A stretch of DNA of 11,061 nucleotides from Archangium sp. (GTDB lineage Bacteria; Myxococcota; Myxococcia; Myxococcales; Myxococcaceae), in contig JANLPS010000275.1 of assembly GCA_031367385.1 (NCBI GenBank), positions 1 to 11,061 on the forward strand, in the 5' to 3' direction. The notes beneath the pieces are model-generated. The model was not told where the DNA came from and searched no databases. It worked only from the letters and a program-made list of their open reading frames with translations. The position numbers and the translations under genes are program-made. Below are positions 1 to 7,880 of this stretch, piece after piece. Position 1 is the first letter of the stretch. Each line of letters begins with the position of its first letter.

Positions 1-394
1 CGACGGTGTCGTCGAGGGCGCAGGTCGAGACGTCGTAGCCCTGGCAGTTGCTGCGGCAGCTCGCCATGCCCGATTTGTACGAAATGGCGAGCGTGCTGCA
101 AGCGACCGTGTCTGAGTCGCACAGCTCCGCGCCAGTGACGATGGTGTCTCCGCACGCTGACTGGCTACCAGCGTCGGTCGCGACGGTACCGGCATCGGTT
201 GTCACCGTACCGGCGTCGGAGGTGCGATCTCCGCCGTCGGTGATGGCAGCGCCTGAATCGGTGCTCATTTGCCCTGCGTCAGGCTCGCCTTGCATGCCGC
301 CGTCAATGGCTCTGCCCGAATCAGAGCGGCCGTTAACCTCGGGAGCGCCGCAGGCCACAAAAGCGAAGAAGAAACAGACGAGCGTAGGTCGCAT
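1..394 (-). CDS. Cys-rich lipoprotein with DAG/DGG linker and myxobacterial cysteine-rich repeat; partial, runs off the left edge
   Basis: Hand-translated, not in the ORF track. ATG at 394, open to base 1: MRPTLVCFFFAFVA-C-GAPEVNGRSDSGRAIDGGMQGEPDAGQMSTDSGAAITDGGDRTSDAGTVTTDAGTVATDAGSQSA-CGDTIVTGAELCD-SDTVACSTLAISYKSGMASCRSNCQGYDVSTC. Short signal peptide with lipobox FVAC (Cys15, 352-350). CGDxIVxGxExCD resembles the Myxococcus cysteine-rich repeat. Confidence 0.85.
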   Translation of the reverse strand, partial: MRPTLVCFFFAFVACGAPEVNGRSDSGRAIDGGMQGEPDAGQMSTDSGAAITDGGDRTSDAGTVTTDAGTVATDAGSQSACGDTIVTGAELCDSDTVACSTLAISYKSGMASCRSNCQGYDVSTCALDDTV

Positions 395-490
395 GCGGCG
401 CGAACACCCGGCGTGGGGGCGGGTTGCGCGGGCTCTGGCCGGGGTGCGAGCCCAGCGAGACCTGCGCATGCGTGACGTCACACCACAGTC

Positions 491-1033
<543 letters not shown>

Positions 1034-1069
1034 GGCGAGCCTCGTAATCGCGTTTTGAAACGCATGCCA

Positions 1070-1100
1070 GACCGTTCACACCGCCAGGGCGACCATTCGC
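1070..1100 (+). promoter_or_regulatory. Candidate LytTR-family binding site: imperfect direct repeat GACCGTTCAC-N11-GACCATTCGC
   Basis: Two 10-mers (1070-1079, 1091-1100) match at 8/10 with a 21-bp period, about 50 bp upstream of the kinase start. Spacing and ACCGTTC core fit known LytTR (AlgR/AgrA-type) sites. Confidence 0.6.
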
Positions 1101-1149
1101 GGCGAAGGGGGCGTGACGTCGGCCGCGGCTGTGCGACGCTGCCAGGCAG

Positions 1150-2169
1150 GTGATTCCCCAGACCTCCATAGTGCGGGCGACGTGGCGAGCGCTGCTGCAA
1201 CCGCGGCGGCTGTTGCCGATTCTGGCAGTGAGCGCGCCGCTGGTCATCGCGCAGGCCCGGTGGAGCAGAGACGGCTTGGCCACGCCGCTGGCGATCGCGA
1301 TGTGCGTCGCCTTCGTCACCCTGGCCCCGGTGTCGTACCGTGTGCTCTTTCCCGATGGGCTCGACTTGAGCCACGGCGCGGTGCGGCTGGTGCTCTACGC
1401 GCTCATCGGCGCTGGCGTGATGCTCTCTCTGGGCGTCGGAGTGCCGCGCTTTCTCAACATGAACGGCACCTTCTTGACCGAGCGCACCTCGCTGGCCGTG
1501 ACCATCGCGATGTTTCTGGTCGGCGGCTGGGGTCTCGGGCGAGACATCGGCTTCGAGCAACGGGTCGAGCGGCTGCAAGTCGAGGCCGAGCGGGCCCAGC
1601 TGCTCGCGCTCCGCTCGACCGTCGACCCGCACTTTCTGTTCAACACCCTCAACGCGATCGCCGAGTGGTGCCGCCTCGATGGCGTGGTGGCCGAGCGTGC
1701 CGTGCTCGAGCTGTCGGCGATGCTGCGCGCGGTGCTGTCGGGCGTGAAAGAGACCCGCTGGCCGCTGAGCCGTGAGCTCGAGCTGGCCAAGCAAGTGTTC
1801 GATTTGCACCTGCTGCGAGACCGCGAGCTGTTCGAGCTCGAGCTGAAGGTGCCCGAGCCGGTGCCGGCGGCCCAAGTGCCTCCGATGTGCGTGATGACGC
1901 TGGTCGAGAACGCGATGAAGCACGGCCCGGGCGCGGGGCATCGAGGCAAGGTGTCGTTGACGGTGACGACCGAGGGCTCGACCTTGCGAATCGCGCTCGA
2001 GAACCCGGGGCGTTTCGCTGGCCCCCGCGCCGGGAGCGCTGGCCTGCCGTCACTCGAGCGGCAATTGGCGTTGGCGTACCGAGGTCGGGCGCGGTTTTCA
2101 ATCGCCGCAGCCGGTGCCAATGGAGAGCGAACCCGCGTCGAGCTCGAGCTGCCAGGAGATGCCGCATGA
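1150..2169 (+). CDS. LytS/YehU-family sensor histidine kinase with membrane-embedded N-terminal sensor
   Basis: About four hydrophobic segments, then the LytS H-box LALRSTVDPHFLFNTLNAI (His161), RELEL and the N-box TLVENAMKHG; stop overlaps the regulator start (ATGA). Confidence 0.93.
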   Translation: MIPQTSIVRATWRALLQPRRLLPILAVSAPLVIAQARWSRDGLATPLAIAMCVAFVTLAPVSYRVLFPDGLDLSHGAVRLVLYALIGAGVMLSLGVGVPRFLNMNGTFLTERTSLAVTIAMFLVGGWGLGRDIGFEQRVERLQVEAERAQLLALRSTVDPHFLFNTLNAIAEWCRLDGVVAERAVLELSAMLRAVLSGVKETRWPLSRELELAKQVFDLHLLRDRELFELELKVPEPVPAAQVPPMCVMTLVENAMKHGPGAGHRGKVSLTVTTEGSTLRIALENPGRFAGPRAGSAGLPSLERQLALAYRGRARFSIAAAGANGERTRVELELPGDAA

Positions 2170-2900
2170 GAGTGCTGATTGCCGACGACGAGCAGCTGGG
2201 CCGCTCTCGGTTGCTGCGACTGCTGCAAGTGCTGCCTGACATCGAGGTGGTGGGCGAGGCGAAAGATGGCGAAGAGGTGCTCACGCGGGTGCGAGCGGGC
2301 GGCATCGACGTGGTGCTGCTCGACATTCAAATGCCCAAGCTCACCGGCACCGAGGCCATGGCGCTGTGGCCAGTCGATGGGCCGATGGTGATTTTCTGCA
2401 CCGCGCACGCCGAGCACGCGGTGAAGGCCTTCGACACCGGAGCGGTCGACTATCTGCTCAAGCCCGTCGAGCCCGAGCGACTGCAGCGAGCCTTGGAGCG
2501 AGCGCGCTCAAGAGAACGCAAAGAGGTGTTCTCGAATGAGGTGAAACGGCATCAGCTCTCGCGGTTGCCGATCTCGACCCGGCAGGGGGTGGTGCTGGTC
2601 GACCCGGAGACGATTACGCACGCGGTGCTGGAGGACGAGCTGGTGACCGTGTTCACTCGCGAGGGGAAACATCTGAGTGATTTCACCTTGAATGACCTCG
2701 AGCAGCGGTTGCCGCCGGGCAAGTTCGAGCGGGTGCATCGTCGGGCGATTCTGAACCTCGAGGCGGTGGCCCGGCTCGAGCCGCTCGAGACCGGCGGGTA
2801 TCTGGCGAAGACCCACACCGGTCACTCGGTTGAAATCTCGCGGCAGGCGGCGCGTGAGCTTCGAAAGCGACTCGGTCTGCGCAAGGGAGATGAGGAGTAG
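2166..2900 (+). CDS. LytTR-family response regulator (REC + LytTR DNA-binding domain), 244 aa
   Basis: True start is the ATG at 2166 inside track ORF 1887..2900: MRVLIADDE, VVLLDIQMP (phospho-Asp), FCTAH..AVKAF..GAVDYLLKP, and the LytTR signature FERVHRRAILNL. Confidence 0.95.
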   Translation: MRVLIADDEQLGRSRLLRLLQVLPDIEVVGEAKDGEEVLTRVRAGGIDVVLLDIQMPKLTGTEAMALWPVDGPMVIFCTAHAEHAVKAFDTGAVDYLLKPVEPERLQRALERARSRERKEVFSNEVKRHQLSRLPISTRQGVVLVDPETITHAVLEDELVTVFTREGKHLSDFTLNDLEQRLPPGKFERVHRRAILNLEAVARLEPLETGGYLAKTHTGHSVEISRQAARELRKRLGLRKGDEE

Positions 2901-2918
2901 CCAGGGGGGCGTGGTTCG

Positions 2919-3021
2919 TGGTTCGACAGGCTCACCATGAGAGGGAGTGGGCGCACCTCCAAGCGAGCCACGAAAATCTCCAAGCGAGCCACGAAAATCT
3001 CATGGTGAGCCCGTCGAACCA
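2919..3021. repeat. REP-like/MITE-like inverted repeat with 24-bp arms
   Basis: TGGTTCGACAGGCTCACCATGAGA (2919-2942) is the reverse complement of TCTCATGGTGAGCCCGTCGAACCA (2998-3021) at 23/24; intergenic. Confidence 0.85.
2957..3001. repeat. Perfect 21-bp tandem duplication
   Basis: CTCCAAGCGAGCCACGAAAAT at 2957-2977 and 2978-2998, plus a partial third copy CTC. Confidence 0.95.
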
Positions 3022-3045
3022 TGCGCCTAGATTCAACCGCCCCCC

Positions 3046-3642
3046 GTGACGCCCAGCCTCCTCGTCGAAATCTTCTTCCTCTGCCTGGCGATCATCCCGC
3101 CGGTGATGGTGTTGCTCTACCGCACCCGCCCAGTGCCCTGGGGCACCCTGCGCTACGGCCTCGCCCTGCGACTCTTCGCGCTGTTCTTCGCCGTCTGCGT
3201 TTTAGCCTTCGGAGTCGGCTTCACGACGTCAGCGATCAAGACCCCGTCGACTGAGATCGACCAATGGGCCTGGCCGCTGCTCGCCCTGGCCGCCTTTGCG
3301 CCCGTCGCCGCGTGGCTCGTGGGCGACACGTTCTTCATTCGTCATCGCTTCGACGCCGTCGGCATCTACTACCGATCACCCTGGTCGCCCCACCGGCACC
3401 TCCTGTGGTCCGACGTGACGTCAGTGCGCTGGGGAGCGGCCTCACAGCGCGTAACGCTGGTCGACACGCGCGGTCGCGTCTTTCATTTCGCCGGCATGCT
3501 CGCGGGTCTCGACGCCTTCGCCAAAGCCGCGCTCACCGAGCTGCCGCCCGAGGTCACAGCGCGACACCCGCGCGAAATGAAGGTGCTCGAAGCCCTCGTC
3601 GAAGGCCGCGCGGTGCAGCTGAGCGGTATGAACCGGCTGTAA
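3046..3642 (+). CDS. Membrane protein (about 3 TM) with C-terminal bacterial PH-like domain
   Basis: Three hydrophobic segments, then RFDAVGIYYRSPW...HLLWSDVTSVRW, the pattern typical of bPH-type domains; high third-position GC. GTG start uncertain. Confidence 0.7.
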   Translation: MTPSLLVEIFFLCLAIIPPVMVLLYRTRPVPWGTLRYGLALRLFALFFAVCVLAFGVGFTTSAIKTPSTEIDQWAWPLLALAAFAPVAAWLVGDTFFIRHRFDAVGIYYRSPWSPHRHLLWSDVTSVRWGAASQRVTLVDTRGRVFHFAGMLAGLDAFAKAALTELPPEVTARHPREMKVLEALVEGRAVQLSGMNRL

Positions 3643-4794
3643 CTACTTCTCGGGCTCGACCACGTAGGCCTTGCCGATGTTGGCGAAGCCAGCCCGCGCA
3701 AACTTGCCGTTGTCATCGACGATCAACCCGGAGTTCTGCACCGGTTCGGTCGGCGCATGCACCCGCACCTGTGGAAACAGCTCGTGCAGATAGTTTGCGA
3801 GATTGTTGGGCTTGGCCTTGTCGCCGCCGGGCCCGCCCTTGCCGGTCGAGCAGCTCATCAGCACCAGGTCTGCCCCCTTGGCGAAGCGGGCCTTGAGCGG
3901 CGCCAAGATGTCGGTGTCAGAGAAGTCGAGGAACTTGTCTTCATCGATCTTGGTGAGCGCCTCGAACGCCTCGGCGCGGTCGGCGTCATTCACAGAGCTG
4001 AGCTTCGCGCGAAGCGCCTCGGGCAATCGCGCCGGGTCATCGGCACCAAAGGCCGCGAGCGTGGCCTCACCGTGGCCTCCGACGAAGACCAGTTCGGCGG
4101 GCTTTCGCTCGGTGCCGCTCTTGATGGCGTTGACGAACTCGGTGTCGCTGCCCACCTGGTAGAACATCACCCGGTACCGCTTGGTCAGCGGCGCGAGGTC
4201 GCCGGTCGACGCGAAGAACTGGCCGTTCCAATCGTCTTTTGGGTACACGACCACGGCGAGCGGCCGCGAGTCTTTGCCCTTCAGGTCGACCCGGTTCTCA
4301 ATCAGCGTCGCGAGCAGCCGTCGGTTGTTCACGATGGCGGGGTTGAGATCAGGCACCTGCGCGAACTTGGCCTTCAGCGCGGTCACCGCCTTGGCGACGT
4401 CGGGGTCGGCCAGCAATTTCTCTCGGCGCGCGGCCGGCAGCACCGCGTCGATGGCCTTGGCGGCGTACTCGTCTTGAAGCTCGGGCATCAGCAGCAGGGG
4501 GTTGGCGAGGGCCGCTTTCTTCGCGAACGCATCTTGTTTGCGCAGCGTCGGGTGCGCGAACTTGAACGCCTCTTCGTAGGTGGTGATCGCCGCCAGCGCG
4601 ACCTCTTCATTCTTCGGAGCGCTCTGAATCGCGCTCATCGCGCCGCTCCCGGTGGCCTCATCGAGCAGCTTGGCCAGCGACGGAGACGCCGCCACCGCGT
4701 CGGCCACTTTCACCAGCTTCGGGGGCTTCACCACGTCAGCCACTTCAGCAGCGATGCGCGGCGCTCGAACCAGCTTCGTGAGAATCTTGACCAT
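3643..4794 (-). CDS. Hypothetical protein, probable caspase-fold (clan CD) cysteine peptidase with N-terminal DUF4116-like helical segment
   Basis: Hydrophobic strand + GGHG (His241) and LVLMSCSTG (Cys315) reproduce the clan CD His-Gly/Cys dyad layout; residues ~62-110 (EEVALAAITTYEEAFKFAHPTLRKQDAFAKKA) resemble a DUF4116 unit. The ORF itself is well supported; function is inferred. Confidence 0.7.
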   Translation of the reverse strand: MVKILTKLVRAPRIAAEVADVVKPPKLVKVADAVAASPSLAKLLDEATGSGAMSAIQSAPKNEEVALAAITTYEEAFKFAHPTLRKQDAFAKKAALANPLLLMPELQDEYAAKAIDAVLPAARREKLLADPDVAKAVTALKAKFAQVPDLNPAIVNNRRLLATLIENRVDLKGKDSRPLAVVVYPKDDWNGQFFASTGDLAPLTKRYRVMFYQVGSDTEFVNAIKSGTERKPAELVFVGGHGEATLAAFGADDPARLPEALRAKLSSVNDADRAEAFEALTKIDEDKFLDFSDTDILAPLKARFAKGADLVLMSCSTGKGGPGGDKAKPNNLANYLHELFPQVRVHAPTEPVQNSGLIVDDNGKFARAGFANIGKAYVVEPEK

Positions 4795-6141
4795 CTAGTG
4801 TGACCTCGCGGGGACCAACTCGGTCTCGCGAGAGACCGTTCGGGTGACCTCGGCCGACGACGCCGGGGGCTTGGGTTTGTGCACTTTGACGCGCTCGAGC
4901 TTGGGGCCCTCTTTCGAGTGCACCACGAAGCTGAAGCCGTTCGAGCTGAAGCGCTCTCCGACCTCGGGTATCGCCCCGGCGAGGTGCGACAAGAAGCCGC
5001 CCAGCGTCTCGAATTCACCGTCGGGAAAACGAAAGTCGAACATGCGGGTGAACTCTTCGCGGGGCAGCATCGCGTCGACCAGAAAGCTGCCGTCGGGCTG
5101 CTTCTCGTAGGCCTTTTCTTCTTCGTCGAACTCGTCGCCGATGTCGCCGACGATCTCGCGCAGAATGTCTTCGAGCGTCACGATGCCCGAGAAACCGCCG
5201 TACTCATCGACCACCACCGCCATGTGAATGCGCTGGCGCTGCATGTCTCGCAGCAGGTCTCCGATCGGCTTGACCCACGGCACGAACACCGCCGGGCGCA
5301 GCAGATCTTCGAGCACGATCAGCTCGGGGTTCTCGATCAGCGGCACCATGTCGCGCACGTGCAAGATGCCCGCGATGCGGTCGACGTCATGCCGGTAGAC
5401 CGGCAGCCGCGAGTGGTTCTCTTCGGCGATCAGCTGAAGAATATCGACCATCGGCGTCGCCAGATCGACCGTCACCACTTCGGTGCGCGGCACCATCACG
5501 TCGCGGCAGGTCTTGTCGCTCAGCTCGAAGATCGACCGAATCATCTGGGTCGCGCCCTTGTCGATCTCGTGCTTCTGGGCCTTGCGAATCAGCTGCTTCT
5601 CGAGCTCCTCGAGGGGTGGCACCGGGGGCTGAAAGGTCACCTTGGCGTGAAAGGGCCGCAAGATCAGGTTCACCGGAGCAACCAGCACCCGAAGCACCGG
5701 CGCGAACACGTACATCGCGAGCAGCGCCACACCCGAGAACTGCATCGCCCAGGCCTCGGGCTTCTGAATCGCGGCCGAACGAAACGAGACATCGAAGAGG
5801 GTCGCCAGCAGCGCCACCACGATGGCCGAGGTCAACGGCGAGAGCCAATGCAGCCAGTCGGTCGGCGCCAAGAACCCGAGGGGAAAATCGAAGAGCTGCT
5901 GCAGCATCAGGGCGCCCAACGCACCCGCCATCACCCCCGCCAGCACCGTGCCCAACCGCAGCGCCGAGGCCGTGCCTTCAGGGTCTGCCTTGATTCGAAC
6001 CAGCCGGTTGCCACGTCGGGGGTTCTCGACGGCCAGCTCGCGTGCCCGCGGGTCGCTGACGGTCTGTAAAGCGACCTCGATCGCGACCAAAAGGCCTCGA
6101 ATCGTCAGCAAAGCTGCCAAAAGCACCCACACGGCCCACAT
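4795..6141 (-). CDS. Hemolysin-family HlyC/CorC protein (CNNM/DUF21 transmembrane + CBS pair + CorC_HlyC), 448 aa
   Basis: MIRSIFELSDKTCRDVMVPRTEV, HSRLPVY, HMAVVVDEYGGFSGIVTLEDILREIVGDIGDEFD and FETLGGFL. Start placed at ATG 6141 (MWAVWVLL) because the track start at 6351 overlaps purS. Confidence 0.93.
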   Translation of the reverse strand: MWAVWVLLAALLTIRGLLVAIEVALQTVSDPRARELAVENPRRGNRLVRIKADPEGTASALRLGTVLAGVMAGALGALMLQQLFDFPLGFLAPTDWLHWLSPLTSAIVVALLATLFDVSFRSAAIQKPEAWAMQFSGVALLAMYVFAPVLRVLVAPVNLILRPFHAKVTFQPPVPPLEELEKQLIRKAQKHEIDKGATQMIRSIFELSDKTCRDVMVPRTEVVTVDLATPMVDILQLIAEENHSRLPVYRHDVDRIAGILHVRDMVPLIENPELIVLEDLLRPAVFVPWVKPIGDLLRDMQRQRIHMAVVVDEYGGFSGIVTLEDILREIVGDIGDEFDEEEKAYEKQPDGSFLVDAMLPREEFTRMFDFRFPDGEFETLGGFLSHLAGAIPEVGERFSSNGFSFVVHSKEGPKLERVKVHKPKPPASSAEVTRTVSRETELVPARSH

Positions 6142-6273
6142 TCGATGAAGTCTTAGCGCAAGCGACCCTCGAGTGCTGCCCAGCGCTCGATTCAGCCTGT
6201 CATTCAAGGCGGTTAGCCAGGCGGCGAGGTTCGAGCGTCGGCGTTTCGGGCGTTTTGATAAGCACGGCAGCCC

Positions 6274-6516
6274 ATGCGAGCCCGTGTCTACGTGACCCTG
6301 AAGCCCGGCGTATTGGACCCCGCCGGAAAAGCCGTCGAATCGTCTCTGCACTCCCTGGGCTTCCCCGAGGTGGGTGATGTGCGCCTGGGCAAGTTCGTCG
6401 AGCTCGAGGTCAAGGCCGCCGACAACGCGGCCGCCAAGGCCCGGGTCGAGCAGATGGCGGCCAAGCTGTTGGCAAACACGGTGGTCGAGAACTACCGAGT
6501 GGAGATTCTCCCGTGA
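6274..6516 (+). CDS. purS: Phosphoribosylformylglycinamidine synthase subunit PurS
   Basis: [26 protein letters not shown] and [11 protein letters not shown]; 80 aa; GTGA overlap with purQ. Confidence 0.97.
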   Translation: MRARVYVTLKPGVLDPAGKAVESSLHSLGFPEVGDVRLGKFVELEVKAADNAAAKARVEQMAAKLLANTVVENYRVEILP

Positions 6517-7169
6517 AGTTCGGCGTCGTCACGTTTCCCGGGTCGAACTGCGATGAAGACGCGGCGCACGTGGTGGGCCAGGTGTTGGGCCAGAGCGTCG
6601 CGCGGCTGTGGCACAAAGACCGAGACCTGCAAGGCAGTGACGTGGTGATCGTGCCGGGGGGGTTCAGCTACGGCGACTACCTGCGCTGCGGGGCCATCGC
6701 CAAGTTCTCGCCGATCATGGAGTCGATCGTCGCCCATGCCAACCGCGGCGGCCGAGTGCTCGGCATCTGCAACGGGTTTCAGATTCTGACCGAAGCCGGG
6801 TTGTTGCCGGGCGTGCTGCTGAGAAACTCGTCGCTCAAGTTCATCTGCCGCACGGTGGGGCTCGAGGTGACCAGCGCGGCGACTCCGTTTACCGGCAAGT
6901 ACAAGGCGGGCGCCAAGCTGCAGCTGCCGATCGCCCACGCCGAGGGTAACTATTTTCTCGATGACGACGGCATCAAGCGGCTCGAAGACCAGGGTCAAAT
7001 CGTCTTTCGCTACACCGATAACCCGAACGGCTCGCGCAACGACATCGCCGGGGTCTGCAACGAGGCCAAGAACGTGCTGGGCATGATGCCGCACCCCGAG
7101 CGCGCGGCAGAAGCGATTCTGGGCAGCACCGACGGGCTGGGCCTCTTTGAGTCGATGCTCGCCGCGTGA
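6513..7169 (+). CDS. purQ: Phosphoribosylformylglycinamidine synthase glutaminase subunit PurQ
   Basis: [45 protein letters not shown] and LGMMPHPER (Cys-His-Glu triad). Confidence 0.98.
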   Translation: MKFGVVTFPGSNCDEDAAHVVGQVLGQSVARLWHKDRDLQGSDVVIVPGGFSYGDYLRCGAIAKFSPIMESIVAHANRGGRVLGICNGFQILTEAGLLPGVLLRNSSLKFICRTVGLEVTSAATPFTGKYKAGAKLQLPIAHAEGNYFLDDDGIKRLEDQGQIVFRYTDNPNGSRNDIAGVCNEAKNVLGMMPHPERAAEAILGSTDGLGLFESMLAA

Positions 7170-7855
7170 GAGCGGTCGTCGTGGCGCTGGTGCTGGTGCC
7201 GTTGGCAGCGCGCGCGTGGCCGGTCGACTGGGTGCATGACGTGCCGGCGTCGGGCGAGAAATTCATCAAGCTGCCTCGGGTCGATTGGGTCGAGGTCGAT
7301 GACGCCGCGGTCGCGCAGGCCGAGTGGTTCGAGGCGAGCAACGAGCTGTTGCTGGTCGGGCTCAAGCCGGGGCGGGCGCTGGTGCTGCTGGGCTCCGAGG
7401 GCAAGGTGGCGGCGTGGCGGGTGCGGGTGGGTGGCAAGTCACTGCTCGACGACGCGGCATATGCCTCGGCGCAGAAGGCGTGCCCCGACTTGAAGCCGAC
7501 GCCGTTGGAAGAGGTGAAGCTCACGGTGACGGTGAAGACCGAGGCGTGCCGCGTGGCGCTGGCCGCGCTGTTTCAGACCGATGCTTTCGAGGCGCGGCAC
7601 CTCGAGCTGACCTTCGAGGGCACGGTGCTGCAGACCCAGCTTCGGCTGCTGCAGGCGGCCATCGACAAGGTGGTGAAGGGCAAGGTCACGGCTCGGTACG
7701 TGGGCGCCGGGTTGGTGCTCGATGGCGGCAAGGTCACGCAGGCCCAGTACCGCCGCATCTTGTGGGAGGTGCTGCGACATTCGCTCGGCCGGTTCGCGCT
7801 CGACAGCCGGGTCGAGGTCGAGGCGCCCCCGAGCATGGATGGGGGAGCCAAGTAG
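7166..7855 (+). CDS. Secreted hypothetical protein, probably with a pilus/secretin N-terminal (T2SS-T3SS_pil_N-like) domain
   Basis: Signal peptide [49 protein letters not shown] resembles the CpaC/RcpA N-terminal pattern; GTGA overlap with the purQ stop. Confidence 0.7.
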   Translation: MRAVVVALVLVPLAARAWPVDWVHDVPASGEKFIKLPRVDWVEVDDAAVAQAEWFEASNELLLVGLKPGRALVLLGSEGKVAAWRVRVGGKSLLDDAAYASAQKACPDLKPTPLEEVKLTVTVKTEACRVALAALFQTDAFEARHLELTFEGTVLQTQLRLLQAAIDKVVKGKVTARYVGAGLVLDGGKVTQAQYRRILWEVLRHSLGRFALDSRVEVEAPPSMDGGAK

Positions 7856-7880
7856 CGGGCTCGCGAGTCGGGGCAGGGTC

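Noticed and set aside
472..481. GTGACGTCAC palindrome, with TGACGTC also at about 1114 and 9947, as a shared operator
   Set aside because: The same core occurs inside coding sequence (e.g. 3416-3423), so it cannot be separated from chance.
1887..2165. N-terminal extension of the response regulator in the ORF track
   Set aside because: Overlaps the kinase in another frame; the REC domain begins at ATG 2166 with an ATGA overlap.
2919..3021. CRISPR array or tRNA fragment (GGTTCGA)
   Set aside because: The direct repeats have no spacers, there are no cas genes, and no cloverleaf or CCA end is present.
2822..3022. 66-aa ORF with HEIFVARLEIFVARLE and LMVSLSNHE
   Set aside because: Translation of the 21-bp duplication and the REP-like arm; overlaps the regulator gene antisense.
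4228..4245. YPKDD shared between Bcp and the putative peptidase
   Set aside because: Five-residue coincidence; flanking motifs differ and there is no peroxidatic TxxC.
4813..4843. GACCAACTCG / GACCGTTCGG at 21-bp period near the peptidase start as a second LytTR site
   Set aside because: First half-site is poor, it lies in coding sequence, and it faces away from the peptidase gene.
6142..6273. Purine-related riboswitch (ZTP or PRPP type) upstream of purS
   Set aside because: Only a CGCTCGA/TCGAGCG stem and a CCGCCTGG fragment on the wrong strand; the conserved aptamer elements are not seen. An Rfam scan would settle it.
6142..6351. 70-aa N-terminal extension of the HlyC/CorC ORF
   Set aside because: Overlaps purS antisense; the hydrophobic CNNM domain starts at ATG 6141.
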